Assembly: GCA_036230365.1 (NCBI GenBank)
Contig: JAZAJI010000016.1
Location: forward strand, 1 to 38,376
Source: Pseudomonadota bacterium
GTDB lineage: Bacteria > Pseudomonadota > Alphaproteobacteria > MED-G09
Reading direction: 5' to 3'
DNA: 38,376 nucleotides
Shown here: in pieces, positions 26,686-37,353 of the stretch
Layout of the letters: the number at the start of each line of letters is the position of its first letter
Position numbering within the stretch: the stretch's first letter is position 1
Made by a program: the position numbers and the translations under genes
The notes under the pieces: model-generated
Databases searched by the model: none
The model's input: only the letters and a program-made list of their open reading frames with translations
Told to the model about the DNA's origin: nothing

Positions 26686-28341
26686 ATGTCAACTAAAGGA
26701 ATTAGCGCAAACAGACTTGAATTATTGCAAATTGCAGAAGCTGTTGCAAAAGAAAAATCAATAGAAAAGGAAATTGTAATTTCTGCTATGGCTGAAGCAA
26801 TAGAAAAGGCTGCAGCTTCAAAATATGGCGCAGAAAATAAAATTAGAGTTGATATTGATGAATCTAATGGCTCAATTCGTCTTCTAAGATTATTAGATGT
26901 TGTTGAGAATGTAGAAGATACTTTTCGTCAAATCGAACTTAAAGATGCAAAGAAAATTGATCCAGAAGCTTCTATTGATGGTCCTGCAGTTGAAGAAGAA
27001 CTACCACCAATTGATTTTGGTCGTGTTGCCGCTCAAAGCGCAAAACAAGTTATAGTTCAGAAAGTGCGTGATGCAGAAAGAGAGAGACATTTCGAGGAAT
27101 TTAAAGATAGAACTGGTGAAATAATTAGTGGCGTTGTTAAGAGAGTTGAATATAACTCTGTGGTTGTAGATCTTGGTAGAGCTGAAGCAATTATCAAAAG
27201 AGATCAATTGCTACCTCGAGAGGCATATAGACCGGGTGATAGAGTAAGGGCATATATCTATGAAGTCAGAAGAGAAATAAGGGGTCCCCAAATTTTCTTA
27301 TCGAGGACTCATTCAGATTTTATGGCAAATCTTTTTGCTCAAGAAGTTCCCGAAATTTACGATGGAATTATTGATATAATTGGCGTTGCTAGAGACCCTG
27401 GAAGTAGAGCAAAAATTGCAGTTATTTCTAAAGATAATAGCATTGACCCTGTTGGGGCTTGCGTAGGTATGCGCGGTAGCAGGGTTCAGGCTGTAGTGAA
27501 CGAATTACAAGGAGAAAAAATAGATATTTTGTCTTGGACAGATAATATTGCCGATTTTGTAGTAAAAGCCCTACAACCTGCAGAAGTTATGAAAGTGGTT
27601 TTATATGATGAAGATGAAAGATTGGAAGTTGTAGTTCCTGAAGATCAATTATCTTTAGCGATAGGCAGAAGGGGCCAGAATGTTAGGCTGGCTTCAGAAT
27701 TATCTGGTTGGGAGATTGATATTCTTACCGAAGATCAAGAATCTGAAAGGAGACAAAGAGAATTCCAAGAGAGAACAGATTTATTTATCAAAGCATTAGA
27801 TGTTGATGAACTCTTAGCTCAGCTATTAGTAACAGAAGGGTTTTCAGAAGTTGAAGAAGTTGCAATGGTAGAAATTGGTGAAATAACAAATATTTCTGGA
27901 TTCGATGATGATACTGCTCAAGAAATACAAGCTAGAGCAAATGATTACTTAGAAAAAGAGAATTTAATACTAGAAGAAAAAAGAAAAGAGCTTGGTGTTA
28001 AGGATGATATTTTAGATATAGAAGAATTAAATATGAAAATGATTATTAAGCTAGGTGAGAATGATGTAAAGAGTCTTGAAGATTTTGCTTATTGCGCTAC
28101 GGATGACCTTATAGGTTGGAATGAATATATTGATGGTGAGAAGAATCATGAAGAGGGTATATTAGAGGCTTTTGATTTGGGCGAAGATTATGCAAATGAG
28201 CTAATTATGAAAGCAAGAAAAATGATTGGGATTGTTGTTGAAGAAGAGCTAGAAGAAGATGTGTTAGATGATTCTGAAGAAGAGAAAGAAGAATCAAATA
28301 ATAATCTAGAATCTAATGATACAAAAGAAGAGGATATTTAG
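26686..28341 (+). CDS. nusA: Transcription termination/antitermination factor NusA
   Basis: NTD, S1 (GEIISGVVKRVE), KH1/KH2 (GACVGMRGSRVQ, AIGRRGQNVRLA), C-terminal HhH-type repeats and an acidic tail. ATG at 26686 follows AAGGA by 6 nt and is preferred over the ORF-track TTG at 26665. Confidence 0.96.
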   Translation: MSTKGISANRLELLQIAEAVAKEKSIEKEIVISAMAEAIEKAAASKYGAENKIRVDIDESNGSIRLLRLLDVVENVEDTFRQIELKDAKKIDPEASIDGPAVEEELPPIDFGRVAAQSAKQVIVQKVRDAERERHFEEFKDRTGEIISGVVKRVEYNSVVVDLGRAEAIIKRDQLLPREAYRPGDRVRAYIYEVRREIRGPQIFLSRTHSDFMANLFAQEVPEIYDGIIDIIGVARDPGSRAKIAVISKDNSIDPVGACVGMRGSRVQAVVNELQGEKIDILSWTDNIADFVVKALQPAEVMKVVLYDEDERLEVVVPEDQLSLAIGRRGQNVRLASELSGWEIDILTEDQESERRQREFQERTDLFIKALDVDELLAQLLVTEGFSEVEEVAMVEIGEITNISGFDDDTAQEIQARANDYLEKENLILEEKRKELGVKDDILDIEELNMKMIIKLGENDVKSLEDFAYCATDDLIGWNEYIDGEKNHEEGILEAFDLGEDYANELIMKARKMIGIVVEEELEEDVLDDSEEEKEESNNNLESNDTKEEDI

Positions 28342-28386
28342 ACTGAATATATAAAAATTTATTTATTTATTTCTAGTGAAAAAATT

Positions 28387-30804
28387 ATGTCTGAAGACGA
28401 TAAAAAAGATAAAAAAGATAAAACGCTTTCTTTGAAAGCTAGTGCCACACCAGTAAAGAATAAAATTGGTTCGAGGGCTAGAGGTGCATCAAGAGTGTCT
28501 ACAGTTGTTGTAGAATCCAAGAGAGGAAAAATTTCTAAAACTAGAAAACCTAGCGCTCCTAATATTAAAACTAGATCTAGTTCAATTACTTCAAGAAAAA
28601 TTAAAGAACCAACTGGTAAAGATGAAGATACAAACAATCTTACATTAAAGGAAAGAGTTGCGAGGGAAAAAGCTCTTTTAGAGGCTGATGATAGAAAGAA
28701 GAAAGAAGTTATTGATACAAAAAAATCAAACAAGGAAGCTAAGAAAAAGACCAAGAAAGAAGAGGACGATATTGCAAAGGCTCAAGATCTTCCTGTTCAG
28801 AATGATTTTGATTCAACACAAAAGAAAAAATCTAACACATCATCAACAAAGAAAAAAGATTTAAAATCAGCAGAAAAAGATAAAGATGATAGAAAAAAAA
28901 GAAAAGAACCACAAAAAAGAAGAAAAGGAAAGTTAACAATTTCTGAGGCCTTGAATGAAGACGAAAGACAGAGATCTTTGGCTTCAATAAGAAGAAGACA
29001 AGAAAAAGCAAAGAAGAAAATAGTTGATATTGATACCCCAAAAGAAAAGATTTCAAGAAATGTAGTTATTCCTGAATCAATAACTGTTCAAGAATTATCT
29101 AACAGGATGGCTGAAAGAAGTGTTGATGTTATAAAATCACTTATGCAGCAGGGTGTTATGGTAAAAATAAATGATTATCTTGATGCTGATACTGCGGAAT
29201 TAATAGTTGAAGAATTTGGTCATCAAGTTACAAGAGTTTCTGAGGCTGATGTAGAACAAGGCATTTCTGATGATGACGATTTAGATGAAAATAAATTACC
29301 TAGATCACCAGTGGTAACAATAATGGGTCATGTTGATCACGGAAAAACTTCATTATTAGATTCTATAAGACAAACTAGTATAGTCACTTCTGAAGCTGGA
29401 GGGATTACTCAACATATAGGTGCGTACCAAATAAACACAAATAATACTAAAATTACTTTTATTGATACACCTGGACATGCTGCATTTACCTCAATGAGAG
29501 CTAGAGGAGCTAAAGTAACTGATATTGTTATTTTAGTTGTTGCTGCAGATGATAGCGTAATGCCTCAAACCGTTGAGGCTATAAACCATTCTAAAGATGC
29601 TGGTGTCCCAATGATAATTGCGATTAATAAAATTGATAAGCCTGAAGCAAATCCTACTAAAACTAAGAATGATTTATTAGAGCACGAATTAATAGTTGAA
29701 GAATTAGGTGGTGAAATTCAATGTGTTGAGCTTTCTGCTGAAACAAAAGAAGGAATAGATAATTTAATAGAGGCTATAAATTTACAAGCTGAAATTTTAG
29801 ATTTGAAAGCTAATCCTAATCGGCCTGCTGAAGGTTTTGTAATTGAATCTAAATTAGATAAAGGTAGAGGGCCGGTTGTAAGTACAATTATTCAAAGAGG
29901 AACTTTAAAAAAGGGGGATGTAGTTATCGTTGGTCAATATTGGGGAAAGGTTAGATCCTTGATTAATGATAAGGGAGAACAAGTTAAGGAATGTTATCCT
30001 GGAGAACCTATTGAAGTTCTGGGCTTGAACAATACCCCAAATGCAGGTGATTTTCTTTCGGTTGTTGAGAACGAATCGAGGGCAAGAGAAATCTCTGAAT
30101 ATCGAGAAAGGCAAAATAAAAAATTAACGCCAAATGTACCACAATCAAATATTGAACAAATGTTATCAAAAATTAAAGATGATGTTAAGAAAGAGATATC
30201 TGTAATAATTAAGGCTGATGTACATGGTTCCTCTGAAGCAATTAAAGATGGACTATTAAAAATAGGTAATGAAGAAATTTCATGTAGAGTTGTTCACTCT
30301 GGAGTCGGAGCCATATCTGAAAGTGATATTTCATTAGCTGAAACATCTAATTCTATTGTTTTTGGATTTAATGTTAGAGCAAATTCTCAAGCTAAGGAAC
30401 TAGCTGAAAAATCAGATATTAATATAACTTATCATTCAATCATTTATGATCTTTTAGATGAGATGAAAGGAATTTTAGAAGGAAAATTAGATCCTGAAAT
30501 TAAAGAAACTATTATAGGAAATGCAGAAGTATTAGAAGTCTTTAAAATTTCTAAAACTGGTAATATAGCTGGTTGTCTTGTGTCGGACGGTACTGTTAAA
30601 AGAGGCGAAAACGCTAGGCTAATTCGTGATGATATAGTTGTTTATGACGGTAAAATTTCTGAGCTTAAAAGATTTAAAGATGATGCTAAAGAGGTCCAAT
30701 CTGGTCAAGAATGTGGCATCGCATTTGATAATAATGAAGATATAAAAGCTAATGATAGAATTGAATGCTATGAAGTTTTAGAGATAAAAAAGAAAATAGA
30801 TTAA
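28387..30804 (+). CDS. infB: Translation initiation factor IF-2
   Basis: Lys/Glu-rich N-terminal region, then the G-domain ([24 protein letters not shown]) and the IF-2 C-terminal domains. Confidence 0.98.
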   Translation: MSEDDKKDKKDKTLSLKASATPVKNKIGSRARGASRVSTVVVESKRGKISKTRKPSAPNIKTRSSSITSRKIKEPTGKDEDTNNLTLKERVAREKALLEADDRKKKEVIDTKKSNKEAKKKTKKEEDDIAKAQDLPVQNDFDSTQKKKSNTSSTKKKDLKSAEKDKDDRKKRKEPQKRRKGKLTISEALNEDERQRSLASIRRRQEKAKKKIVDIDTPKEKISRNVVIPESITVQELSNRMAERSVDVIKSLMQQGVMVKINDYLDADTAELIVEEFGHQVTRVSEADVEQGISDDDDLDENKLPRSPVVTIMGHVDHGKTSLLDSIRQTSIVTSEAGGITQHIGAYQINTNNTKITFIDTPGHAAFTSMRARGAKVTDIVILVVAADDSVMPQTVEAINHSKDAGVPMIIAINKIDKPEANPTKTKNDLLEHELIVEELGGEIQCVELSAETKEGIDNLIEAINLQAEILDLKANPNRPAEGFVIESKLDKGRGPVVSTIIQRGTLKKGDVVIVGQYWGKVRSLINDKGEQVKECYPGEPIEVLGLNNTPNAGDFLSVVENESRAREISEYRERQNKKLTPNVPQSNIEQMLSKIKDDVKKEISVIIKADVHGSSEAIKDGLLKIGNEEISCRVVHSGVGAISESDISLAETSNSIVFGFNVRANSQAKELAEKSDINITYHSIIYDLLDEMKGILEGKLDPEIKETIIGNAEVLEVFKISKTGNIAGCLVSDGTVKRGENARLIRDDIVVYDGKISELKRFKDDAKEVQSGQECGIAFDNNEDIKANDRIECYEVLEIKKKID

Positions 30805-30815
30805 TAATCATCAAA

Positions 30816-31211
30816 ATGAATAAAAAAATTTCATTCCATAAAAAAATAAACTCTCAGAGGCAACATAGAGTCCAGGAAATTCTAAGAAGCGCTTTGAATG
30901 AAATTCTTATAAAGGGAGAGAGCAAAAGCCATTTTTTGGATGAAAGTATACTTACTATAACATATGTAGATATTTCCCCAGACCTTAGGAATGCAAAATT
31001 TATGTTTATTCCTCAAGATATACAACAAATAGATAAATTTCTTTCTGAATTTAATTTAGTAAAGAAAGTTATAAGAAAGAAAATTGCCGAAAAGGTGCAA
31101 TTAAAATATGTGCCAGAAATCACTTTTTGCTTTGATGAGTCTATAAATGAAAGAGAAAGGATTGATCAAATATTATCCTCCAAAAAGGTTATGGATGATA
31201 TTAAATCGTAA
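30816..31211 (+). CDS. rbfA: Ribosome-binding factor A
   Basis: RbfA-type KH fold (RQHRVQEILR...ITYVDISPDLRNAKF) and the position between infB and truB. Confidence 0.9.
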   Translation: MNKKISFHKKINSQRQHRVQEILRSALNEILIKGESKSHFLDESILTITYVDISPDLRNAKFMFIPQDIQQIDKFLSEFNLVKKVIRKKIAEKVQLKYVPEITFCFDESINERERIDQILSSKKVMDDIKS

Positions 31212-32145
31212 TCAAATAAATATAGAAAATGATAAAAGCTTTTCAGGTGGTTGGATGTCTATATATAAACCAAAGAAAATTACTTCATTTTCAGCTTTAA
31301 AAATTATTAAGAAGAAATTTTTATTAAAAAAGATTGGTTTTGCAGGAACACTTGATCCCCTTGCTTCGGGAGTCTTACCGTTGGCATTTGGAGCAGCAAC
31401 AAAAACAATACCTTATTTAGTTTCATCTAAAAAAAAATACAAATTCTCAATTCTTTGGGGAACTAAGACTTCAAGCCATGATCTTGAAGGAGAAGTTGTC
31501 GATCAATCAGATTTAAGGCCCTCAAAAAAAGATATAATAAATGTTATTAAAAAATTTGATGGGGATATTCTTCAAAGGCCTCCAAAATTCTCTGCCATAA
31601 AGGTTAATGGTAAAAGAGCATATAATTTAGCTAGGAATCAAGAGTATTTTAATCTCCAGAAGAAAAGAGTTAAAATTCACAATATTTCTCTTATCAATCA
31701 TAATAATATATTATCAACATTTATTGTAACTTGTGGTAAGGGTTTCTACATTAGGGCACTTGCGAGAGATATTTGTCATGAATTGGGTGTCTTGGGGACA
31801 GTAAATACCCTTGAAAGGCTTGAAGTTGGGCCATTTTCAATTGAAAATACTTTTTCACTAGAAACCATAGTTAATTTAGTGCATAGTGCGCCAGCTGGAA
31901 CGGTTGGTGAAAACCTACTTACTCCTTTAAGTAAAGTGCTGGACGACATCCCGGCCTTACAAATTGGAGATAAAGAGGCGGAAAGATTCCAACAAGGCCA
32001 AATTATTTTTGATTATGATTTGTCTTCAAGTTCTAGTTTGGGAAGTAAGGTTATGTTATTAAATAATGATAGACCTATTGGACTTGCCGATATTTGTGAA
32101 AATTCTTTCAAACCTAAGAAAGTATTTTCTGAGGAAATTTTTTAA
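31195..32145 (+). CDS. truB: tRNA pseudouridine55 synthase
   Basis: Catalytic Asp motif [31 protein letters not shown], and a PUA-like C-terminus. The ORF-track start (31147) lies deep in rbfA. ATG 31195 gives a normal N-terminus ahead of [13 protein letters not shown] 31255 is an alternative. Confidence 0.9.
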   Translation: MILNRNQINIENDKSFSGGWMSIYKPKKITSFSALKIIKKKFLLKKIGFAGTLDPLASGVLPLAFGAATKTIPYLVSSKKKYKFSILWGTKTSSHDLEGEVVDQSDLRPSKKDIINVIKKFDGDILQRPPKFSAIKVNGKRAYNLARNQEYFNLQKKRVKIHNISLINHNNILSTFIVTCGKGFYIRALARDICHELGVLGTVNTLERLEVGPFSIENTFSLETIVNLVHSAPAGTVGENLLTPLSKVLDDIPALQIGDKEAERFQQGQIIFDYDLSSSSSLGSKVMLLNNDRPIGLADICENSFKPKKVFSEEIF

Positions 32146-32159
32146 TTAAGGAGTATTTG

Positions 32160-32429
32160 ATGTCGATAGATTCAAATAGAAAAGATGAAATAGTAAAAGA
32201 ATTTGCTACTCAAGAAGGTGACACTGGTTCTCCGGAAGTACAAGTAGCAATTTTGACTGAAAGAATTAAAAATCTGACAGAGCATTTTAAAGATCACAAG
32301 AAAGATAATCATTCTAGGCAGGGTTTGTTGAAGATGGTTAATCTAAGGAGAAAACTATTAGATTATGTTAAATCTAAAGATGAAGCTCGTTATGAAGATT
32401 TAAGAAAAAGATTAGGTCTAAGAAGATAA
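32160..32429 (+). CDS. rpsO: 30S ribosomal protein S15
   Basis: [11 protein letters not shown] and HLK.HKKD.HSR.GLL. ATG at 32160 lies 6 nt after AAGGAG (32148-32153). The ORF-track start at 32157 is a TTG one codon upstream. Confidence 0.97.
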   Translation: MSIDSNRKDEIVKEFATQEGDTGSPEVQVAILTERIKNLTEHFKDHKKDNHSRQGLLKMVNLRRKLLDYVKSKDEARYEDLRKRLGLRR

Positions 32430-32477
32430 TAATATTCAGTATTTATTGTTCAGGTTATAGGTCTACTTAAAAGACTG

Positions 32478-32503
32478 ATATAGGAAAAAAATATAGGAAA
32501 AAA
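32478..32503 (+). repeat. Perfect tandem duplication of the 13-mer ATATAGGAAAAAA, ending 1 nt before the pnp ATG
   Basis: Positions 32478-32490 and 32491-32503 are identical. Each copy contains an AGGA SD-like core, and the second copy supplies the pnp RBS. Confidence 0.9.
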
Positions 32504-32504
32504 A

Positions 32505-34673
32505 ATGTTTGATATAGAAAATGAAGTTATAGAATGGGGTAATAAAAAATTAACAATAGAAACAGGAAGGGTTGCAAGACAGGCTCACGGATCTGTTATT
32601 GCTACATATGGAGGAACGTCTGTATTAGCTACGGTTGTTGCTGATAGAGAGGAAAGAAAGGATTTAGACTTTTTCCCTTTAACTGTAAATTACCAAGAAA
32701 AAGCATATGCGGCCGGAAAAATACCTGGTGGTTTTTTTAAAAGAGAAGGTAGGCCTTCAGAAAAAGAGACTTTAGTTTCTCGTTTAATAGATAGACCTAT
32801 TAGACCATTATTTGCTGATGGATTTAAATGTGAAACGCAAGTTATTGCGACCGTGATAAGCTATGATATGGAGAATGATGCGGATATTGTTGCTTTAATA
32901 GCATGTTCTGCTGCATTAACACTATCTGGTGTTCCGTTTATGGGACCAATTGGCGCTGCAAGAGTAGGTTATAAAGATGGTGAATATATTCTTAACCCAA
33001 CGAAAATTGAAATGGATGATTCAGAACTAGATTTAGTTGTTGCCGGAACTAAAGATGCAGTTCTTATGGTTGAATCTGAGGCAAAAGAATTATCCGAAGA
33101 AGTTATGCTTGGTGCTGTGACATATGGGCAAGAGAATTTTGCTCCAGTTATTGAAGCTATAATTAGTTTAGCAGAAAAGTCTGCTAAAGAACCAAGAGAT
33201 TTTACGAAAGAAGACCTTTCTGAGTTAGAGAATAAAGTTAGTGCTATTATTAAGAATCAATTAACCGACGCTTATAAAGAAGCAGATAAACAAAAGAGAA
33301 CAGAATTAATAGCAGAAGTTAAAAGTAATCTCATCGATCAATTTTCTAAGGAAGATTCTGAAGAGGATGAAGAATATAATGAAAATGAATTAGGATCTGT
33401 TTTCAAAAATATTGAAAAAAGCATTGTAAGGAATAGTATTTTAGACACAAGTTTACGCATTGATGGAAGAGATCTTAAAACAGTTAGACCAATACAATCA
33501 GATGTAAGTGTTTTACCTTTAACACACGGGTCGGCTCTGTTTACGAGGGGAGAAACTCAGGCTTTAGTTGTTACAACTCTTGGGACAGGAGATGATGAGA
33601 AATTTGTAGATGGTTTGGATGAAACATATAAAGAAAGATTTATGTTGCATTATAACTTCCCGCCATATTCTGTAGGAGAAACTGGCCGTACTGGTTTTAC
33701 TGGAAGACGTGAAATTGGGCATGGGAAATTAGCTTGGAGAGCTCTTAAGGCAGTTATGCCAGATTATGAAGTTTTTCCTTATACTATTAGACTTGTTTCT
33801 GAAATTACTGAGTCAAACGGATCTTCATCAATGGCAACAGTTTGTGGATCTTCATTGTCAATGATGGATGCTGGAATTCCTTTAACTAAACCGGTAGCAG
33901 GTATTGCTATGGGCCTAATAAAGGAAGGTGAAAAAATAGCTGTATTATCAGATATTCTAGGAGATGAAGATCATCTTGGAGATATGGATTTTAAAGTTGC
34001 GGGAACTAATGATGGTATTACGTCTTTACAAATGGATATCAAAATAACAGGCATTACTAAAGATATAATGGATACTGCTCTTACTCAGGCAAAAAGCGGA
34101 AGAATACATATTCTAGGGGAAATGGCTAAGGCTATAGATAAAGCAAGAGATACAGTAAATTCAAATGCCCCAAGAATTGAAACAATAAATGTACCTACCG
34201 ATAAAATAAGAGAAGTCATTGGAGCTGGAGGTAAAGTTATACGTGAAATTGTAGAGGAAAGTGGCGCCAAAGTAGATATTAATGATGAGGGTATAGTAAA
34301 AATAGCATCTAATAGTGAAGAGGCAATACAAAAAGCTCTTGAAATGATTGATTCAATTGTAGCTGAGCCAGAAGTTGGTACAATTTACGAAGGTAAGGTT
34401 GTAAAAATTATGGATTTTGGCGCTTTTGTAAATTTCTTTGGCAAGAAAGATGGCCTTGTTCATATATCTCAATTGTCAAATGAAAGAGTTAACAAGGTTA
34501 CAGATATTTTAAAGGAAGATGACTTAGTTAAGGTTAAGTTTGTTGGATTTGACAGAGGAAAGGTTAAACTTTCAATGAAAAATATTAATCAAGAAACCGG
34601 AGAAGAAGAAACTAATAAAGGCAAGGAAGATAAACCTAAAAAGGAAGATAAACCTAAGAAAGATAAAGATTAA
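32505..34673 (+). CDS. pnp: Polyribonucleotide nucleotidyltransferase (PNPase)
   Basis: Two RNase PH-like domains ([22 protein letters not shown]), KH ([10 protein letters not shown]), S1 ([12 protein letters not shown]) and a Lys-rich C-terminal tail. Confidence 0.98.
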   Translation: MFDIENEVIEWGNKKLTIETGRVARQAHGSVIATYGGTSVLATVVADREERKDLDFFPLTVNYQEKAYAAGKIPGGFFKREGRPSEKETLVSRLIDRPIRPLFADGFKCETQVIATVISYDMENDADIVALIACSAALTLSGVPFMGPIGAARVGYKDGEYILNPTKIEMDDSELDLVVAGTKDAVLMVESEAKELSEEVMLGAVTYGQENFAPVIEAIISLAEKSAKEPRDFTKEDLSELENKVSAIIKNQLTDAYKEADKQKRTELIAEVKSNLIDQFSKEDSEEDEEYNENELGSVFKNIEKSIVRNSILDTSLRIDGRDLKTVRPIQSDVSVLPLTHGSALFTRGETQALVVTTLGTGDDEKFVDGLDETYKERFMLHYNFPPYSVGETGRTGFTGRREIGHGKLAWRALKAVMPDYEVFPYTIRLVSEITESNGSSSMATVCGSSLSMMDAGIPLTKPVAGIAMGLIKEGEKIAVLSDILGDEDHLGDMDFKVAGTNDGITSLQMDIKITGITKDIMDTALTQAKSGRIHILGEMAKAIDKARDTVNSNAPRIETINVPTDKIREVIGAGGKVIREIVEESGAKVDINDEGIVKIASNSEEAIQKALEMIDSIVAEPEVGTIYEGKVVKIMDFGAFVNFFGKKDGLVHISQLSNERVNKVTDILKEDDLVKVKFVGFDRGKVKLSMKNINQETGEEETNKGKEDKPKKEDKPKKDKD
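34623..34658 (+). repeat. 18-nt in-frame tandem repeat (x2) encoding [12 protein letters not shown] in the PNPase C-terminal tail
   Basis: AAGGAAGATAAACCTAAA (34623-34640) is followed by AAGGAAGATAAACCTAAG (34641-34658), then a partial AAAGATAAAGAT. Confidence 0.85.
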
Positions 34674-34697
34674 GTTAATTAAAGATCTTTAGTTTTT
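34664..34697. terminator. Weak AT-rich hairpin spanning both stop codons of the convergent pnp and fabI genes (candidate bidirectional terminator)
   Basis: TAAAGATTAA (34664-34673, includes the pnp TAA) can pair with TTA (34679-81, the fabI stop) and then, after a 3-nt bulge, with ATCTTTA (34685-91). GTTTTTGG follows on the + strand. The left flank AAGAAAGA reads as a pyrimidine/T-rich run on the minus strand. The stem has only one G-C pair, so stability is low. Confidence 0.25.
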
Positions 34698-35506
34698 GGC
34701 ATACCTATAATATTAAAGCCTTGGTCAACATAATGTGTTTCACCTGTCACGCCTTTAGAAAGATCAGATAATAGATATAAACCAGACGAACCTATATCTT
34801 CTAATGTTAAAGGAATGTCTTTTAGAGGTTTGTGAGTTTCTGCAAATTTAAACATATCACGAGCATTCTTAACTGCTGATCCCGCTAGAGTTCTCATCAT
34901 CCCTGCTGATAGAGCATTAATTCTTATTCCTCTATGACCTAAGTCAGAGGAAAGATATCTTACTGAAGCTTCTAATGCGGCTTTAGCTACGCCCATAACA
35001 TTATAATTAGGGATTACCTGTTGTGATCCGCCATAAGTAAGTGTTAATATTGATCCATTATCACTTAAAATTGGTTCAAATATTTTAGTGATATTTGTTA
35101 AAGAAAAACATGAAATTTCTAATGTATTGAGAAAATTATCTCTGGATGTATCTATATATTTTCCGTTAAGTTCATTTTTATCCGAATAAGCAATAGAATG
35201 AACAATAAAATTTAATTGTCCCCATTTATTTTTTATAATTCTATAAGCTTCTTCTAGTTGATCATTCTTTAAAATATCACAATTTATAAGAGTATCGGCA
35301 CTGTTTATACTTTCTGCTAAAGGCTCAACCCTTTTCTTAAAAGCATCACCTTGATAAGTAAAAGCTAGATCTGCACCGCTATTATGTAGAGTTTTTGCAA
35401 TTCCCCAAGCTAAGGAATGATCATTAGCCACTCCCATTATTAAACCCTTTTTTCCCTCCATAAAGGAATTTGGTTTTAATATTTCTTTTTCGTTATTCTT
35501 ATTCAT
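34679..35506 (-). CDS. fabI: Enoyl-[acyl-carrier-protein] reductase (NADH), FabI
   Basis: GKKGLIMGVAN..SLAWGIA dinucleotide fold and the Tyr-x6-Lys motif (PNYNVMGVAKAALE). The true start may be the ATG at 35461 (MEGKKGLI...). Confidence 0.94.
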   Translation of the reverse strand: MNKNNEKEILKPNSFMEGKKGLIMGVANDHSLAWGIAKTLHNSGADLAFTYQGDAFKKRVEPLAESINSADTLINCDILKNDQLEEAYRIIKNKWGQLNFIVHSIAYSDKNELNGKYIDTSRDNFLNTLEISCFSLTNITKIFEPILSDNGSILTLTYGGSQQVIPNYNVMGVAKAALEASVRYLSSDLGHRGIRINALSAGMMRTLAGSAVKNARDMFKFAETHKPLKDIPLTLEDIGSSGLYLLSDLSKGVTGETHYVDQGFNIIGMPKTKDL

Positions 35507-35518
35507 TAAGATTAATCT

Positions 35519-36736
35519 TTATGCATTTGAATTTTTAAAAACCAAAGAAGCATTTGTACCGCCAAAACCAAAACTATTAGATAATAAATATTCTATGTTT
35601 GCATTATCTATTCTTTTTCTAGTAATTGGTAAATCTTCAAATTTTGGATCAATATTTTCAATATTTGCTGACTCAGAAATGAAATCATTTTGCATCATCA
35701 AAAGTGAATATATAGCTTCTTGAACACCTGCAGCACCCAAACTATGTCCTGTAAGAGATTTTGTAGCGCTAATGGTTGGCATTTTATTTTTAAATGTTTC
35801 CCTAATTGCTTCTACCTCTTTTTCATCGCCTATAGGAGTTGATGTTGCATGTGGATTTATATAATCAATTTCGCCTTCTAAATTTTCCATAGACATTTTC
35901 ATACATCTTACAGCCCCTTCTCCAGAAGGTTGAACCATGTCATGACCGTCCGAAGTTGCTCCATAACCAACTATTTCTGCATAAATCTTAGCGCCTCGCG
36001 CTTTGGCTTTTTCAAGTTCTTCAAGAATAAGGACTCCTGCTCCACCAGCAATTACAAATCCATCTCTATCTCTATCATATGCCCTGCTTGAGGTGGCAGG
36101 TGTATCATTATATTTTGATGACATTGCCCCCATAGCATCGAAAAGTACAGAAAGAGCCCAGTTAAGTTCTTCACCGCCCCCAGCAAACATTGTATCTTGC
36201 TTTCCATATTGGATAAGTTCATATGCATTACCTATACAATGAGATGATGTTGCACATGCTGAAGAGATAGAATAATTTACTCCTTTAATCCCAAACGGAG
36301 TAGCAAGTGTAGCGGAATTTGTAGAAGACATAGCCTTGGGAACTGCAAAAGGTCCAACCCTTTTTGGTCCTTTATCCCTAGTAATATCTGCAGATTCAAC
36401 AAGAGTTTTAGTTGATGGTCCGCCTGACCCCATAATAATACCCGTTTTTTCATTAATAATATCTTTTTCCTCTAAACCGGAATCATCTATAGCTTGTTGC
36501 ATAGAAATATAATTCCATGCTGCACCCATACCCATAAACCTTCTCGTTTTTTTATCTAAATATTCTTCAGGATCAAGATCAGGCTTCCCATAAATTTGGC
36601 TTCTAAAACCTAAATCAGTATGCTCATCAGATCTTGTTATGCCAGATTTTCCCTCTCTTAAACTGGCTAAAACTTCTTGGGTATTATTTCCTATACAAGA
36701 TACTATACCCATGCCTGTTATTGCTACGCGTCTCAT
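35519..36736 (-). CDS. fabB: 3-oxoacyl-[acyl-carrier-protein] synthase I
   Basis: KAS I Cys-His-His triad contexts [19 protein letters not shown] and GHSLGAAG. Its position directly downstream of fabA supports the call. Confidence 0.94.
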   Translation of the reverse strand: MRRVAITGMGIVSCIGNNTQEVLASLREGKSGITRSDEHTDLGFRSQIYGKPDLDPEEYLDKKTRRFMGMGAAWNYISMQQAIDDSGLEEKDIINEKTGIIMGSGGPSTKTLVESADITRDKGPKRVGPFAVPKAMSSTNSATLATPFGIKGVNYSISSACATSSHCIGNAYELIQYGKQDTMFAGGGEELNWALSVLFDAMGAMSSKYNDTPATSSRAYDRDRDGFVIAGGAGVLILEELEKAKARGAKIYAEIVGYGATSDGHDMVQPSGEGAVRCMKMSMENLEGEIDYINPHATSTPIGDEKEVEAIRETFKNKMPTISATKSLTGHSLGAAGVQEAIYSLLMMQNDFISESANIENIDPKFEDLPITRKRIDNANIEYLLSNSFGFGGTNASLVFKNSNA

Positions 36737-36756
36737 AATATCCCCTTTAAAATTAA

Positions 36757-37257
36757 TTACCTAAATAAAGCAACTCTTAAATCATTTGCTTCATATATAT
36801 TTTCACCATCAGCAGCCAATCTTCCATTAGCAATTCCTAAAACCAATTTACTAGTTAGGACTCTTTTAAGATCTATTGAGTATTCTAATTTTTTAATATT
36901 AGGCAGAACCATTCCGGAAAATTTTACATTTCCTACTGAGATTGCTCGCCCCTTTCCTTTTTCACCAAGCCAACCAAGATAAAAACCAAGCAATTGCCAC
37001 ATCGCATCAAGTCCTAGACAGCCTGGCATAACAGGATCATTTATGAAATGACAATCAAAGAACCAAGAATCAGGTTTAATTTCCATTTCAGCCTTAATAA
37101 TACCCTTATTATTTTCTCCACCCTTAGTAGATATCTCATTAATTTTATCAAACATTAGCATAGGGGGCATAGGAAGTTGGGCATTTCCTGGGCCAAATAA
37201 TTCACCTTTCGCACATTTTATAAGATCATCATAACTGTAGTTAGATTTTTGTTTCAT
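36757..37257 (-). CDS. fabA: 3-hydroxydecanoyl-[acyl-carrier-protein] dehydratase/isomerase
   Basis: FabA hot-dog fold with the active-site region [31 protein letters not shown] upstream. Confidence 0.95.
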   Translation of the reverse strand: MKQKSNYSYDDLIKCAKGELFGPGNAQLPMPPMLMFDKINEISTKGGENNKGIIKAEMEIKPDSWFFDCHFINDPVMPGCLGLDAMWQLLGFYLGWLGEKGKGRAISVGNVKFSGMVLPNIKKLEYSIDLKRVLTSKLVLGIANGRLAADGENIYEANDLRVALFR

Positions 37258-37275
37258 AAATTAATCCCTCTGCTG

Positions 37276-37299
37276 ACATTTAACATATTCCTTTAATGT
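37276..37299 (-). promoter_or_regulatory. Imperfect palindrome in the fabA 5' region (candidate operator or mRNA hairpin)
   Basis: ACATTTAA (37276-83), an 8-nt loop, then TTTAATGT (37292-99). Seven of eight positions are complementary. It lies 19-42 nt upstream of the fabA ATG, in the 96-nt spacer. Confidence 0.2.
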
Positions 37300-37353
37300 A
37301 AGTAAGAGAAAGATTAATTTAATACTTTATTAAAAAATATGGAGCGTAAAAAA

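Noticed and set aside
28395-28420. Short tandem GATAAAAAA repeats at the start of infB, considered as a possible repeat element.
   Set aside because: It is in frame and simply encodes the DKK-DKK low-complexity start of the IF-2 N-terminal region. It is not an independent element.
28359-28754. 131-aa minus-strand ORF, very hydrophobic (Leu/Phe/Ser-rich), antisense to the 5' part of infB. A similar 74-aa ORF lies at 28832-29056.
   Set aside because: It is the mirror image of the Lys/Glu-rich low-complexity N-terminal region of IF-2. AAG/GAA/AAA codons read antisense as CTT/TTC/TTT, which automatically gives stop-free Leu/Phe runs. It has no SD and no independent signal.
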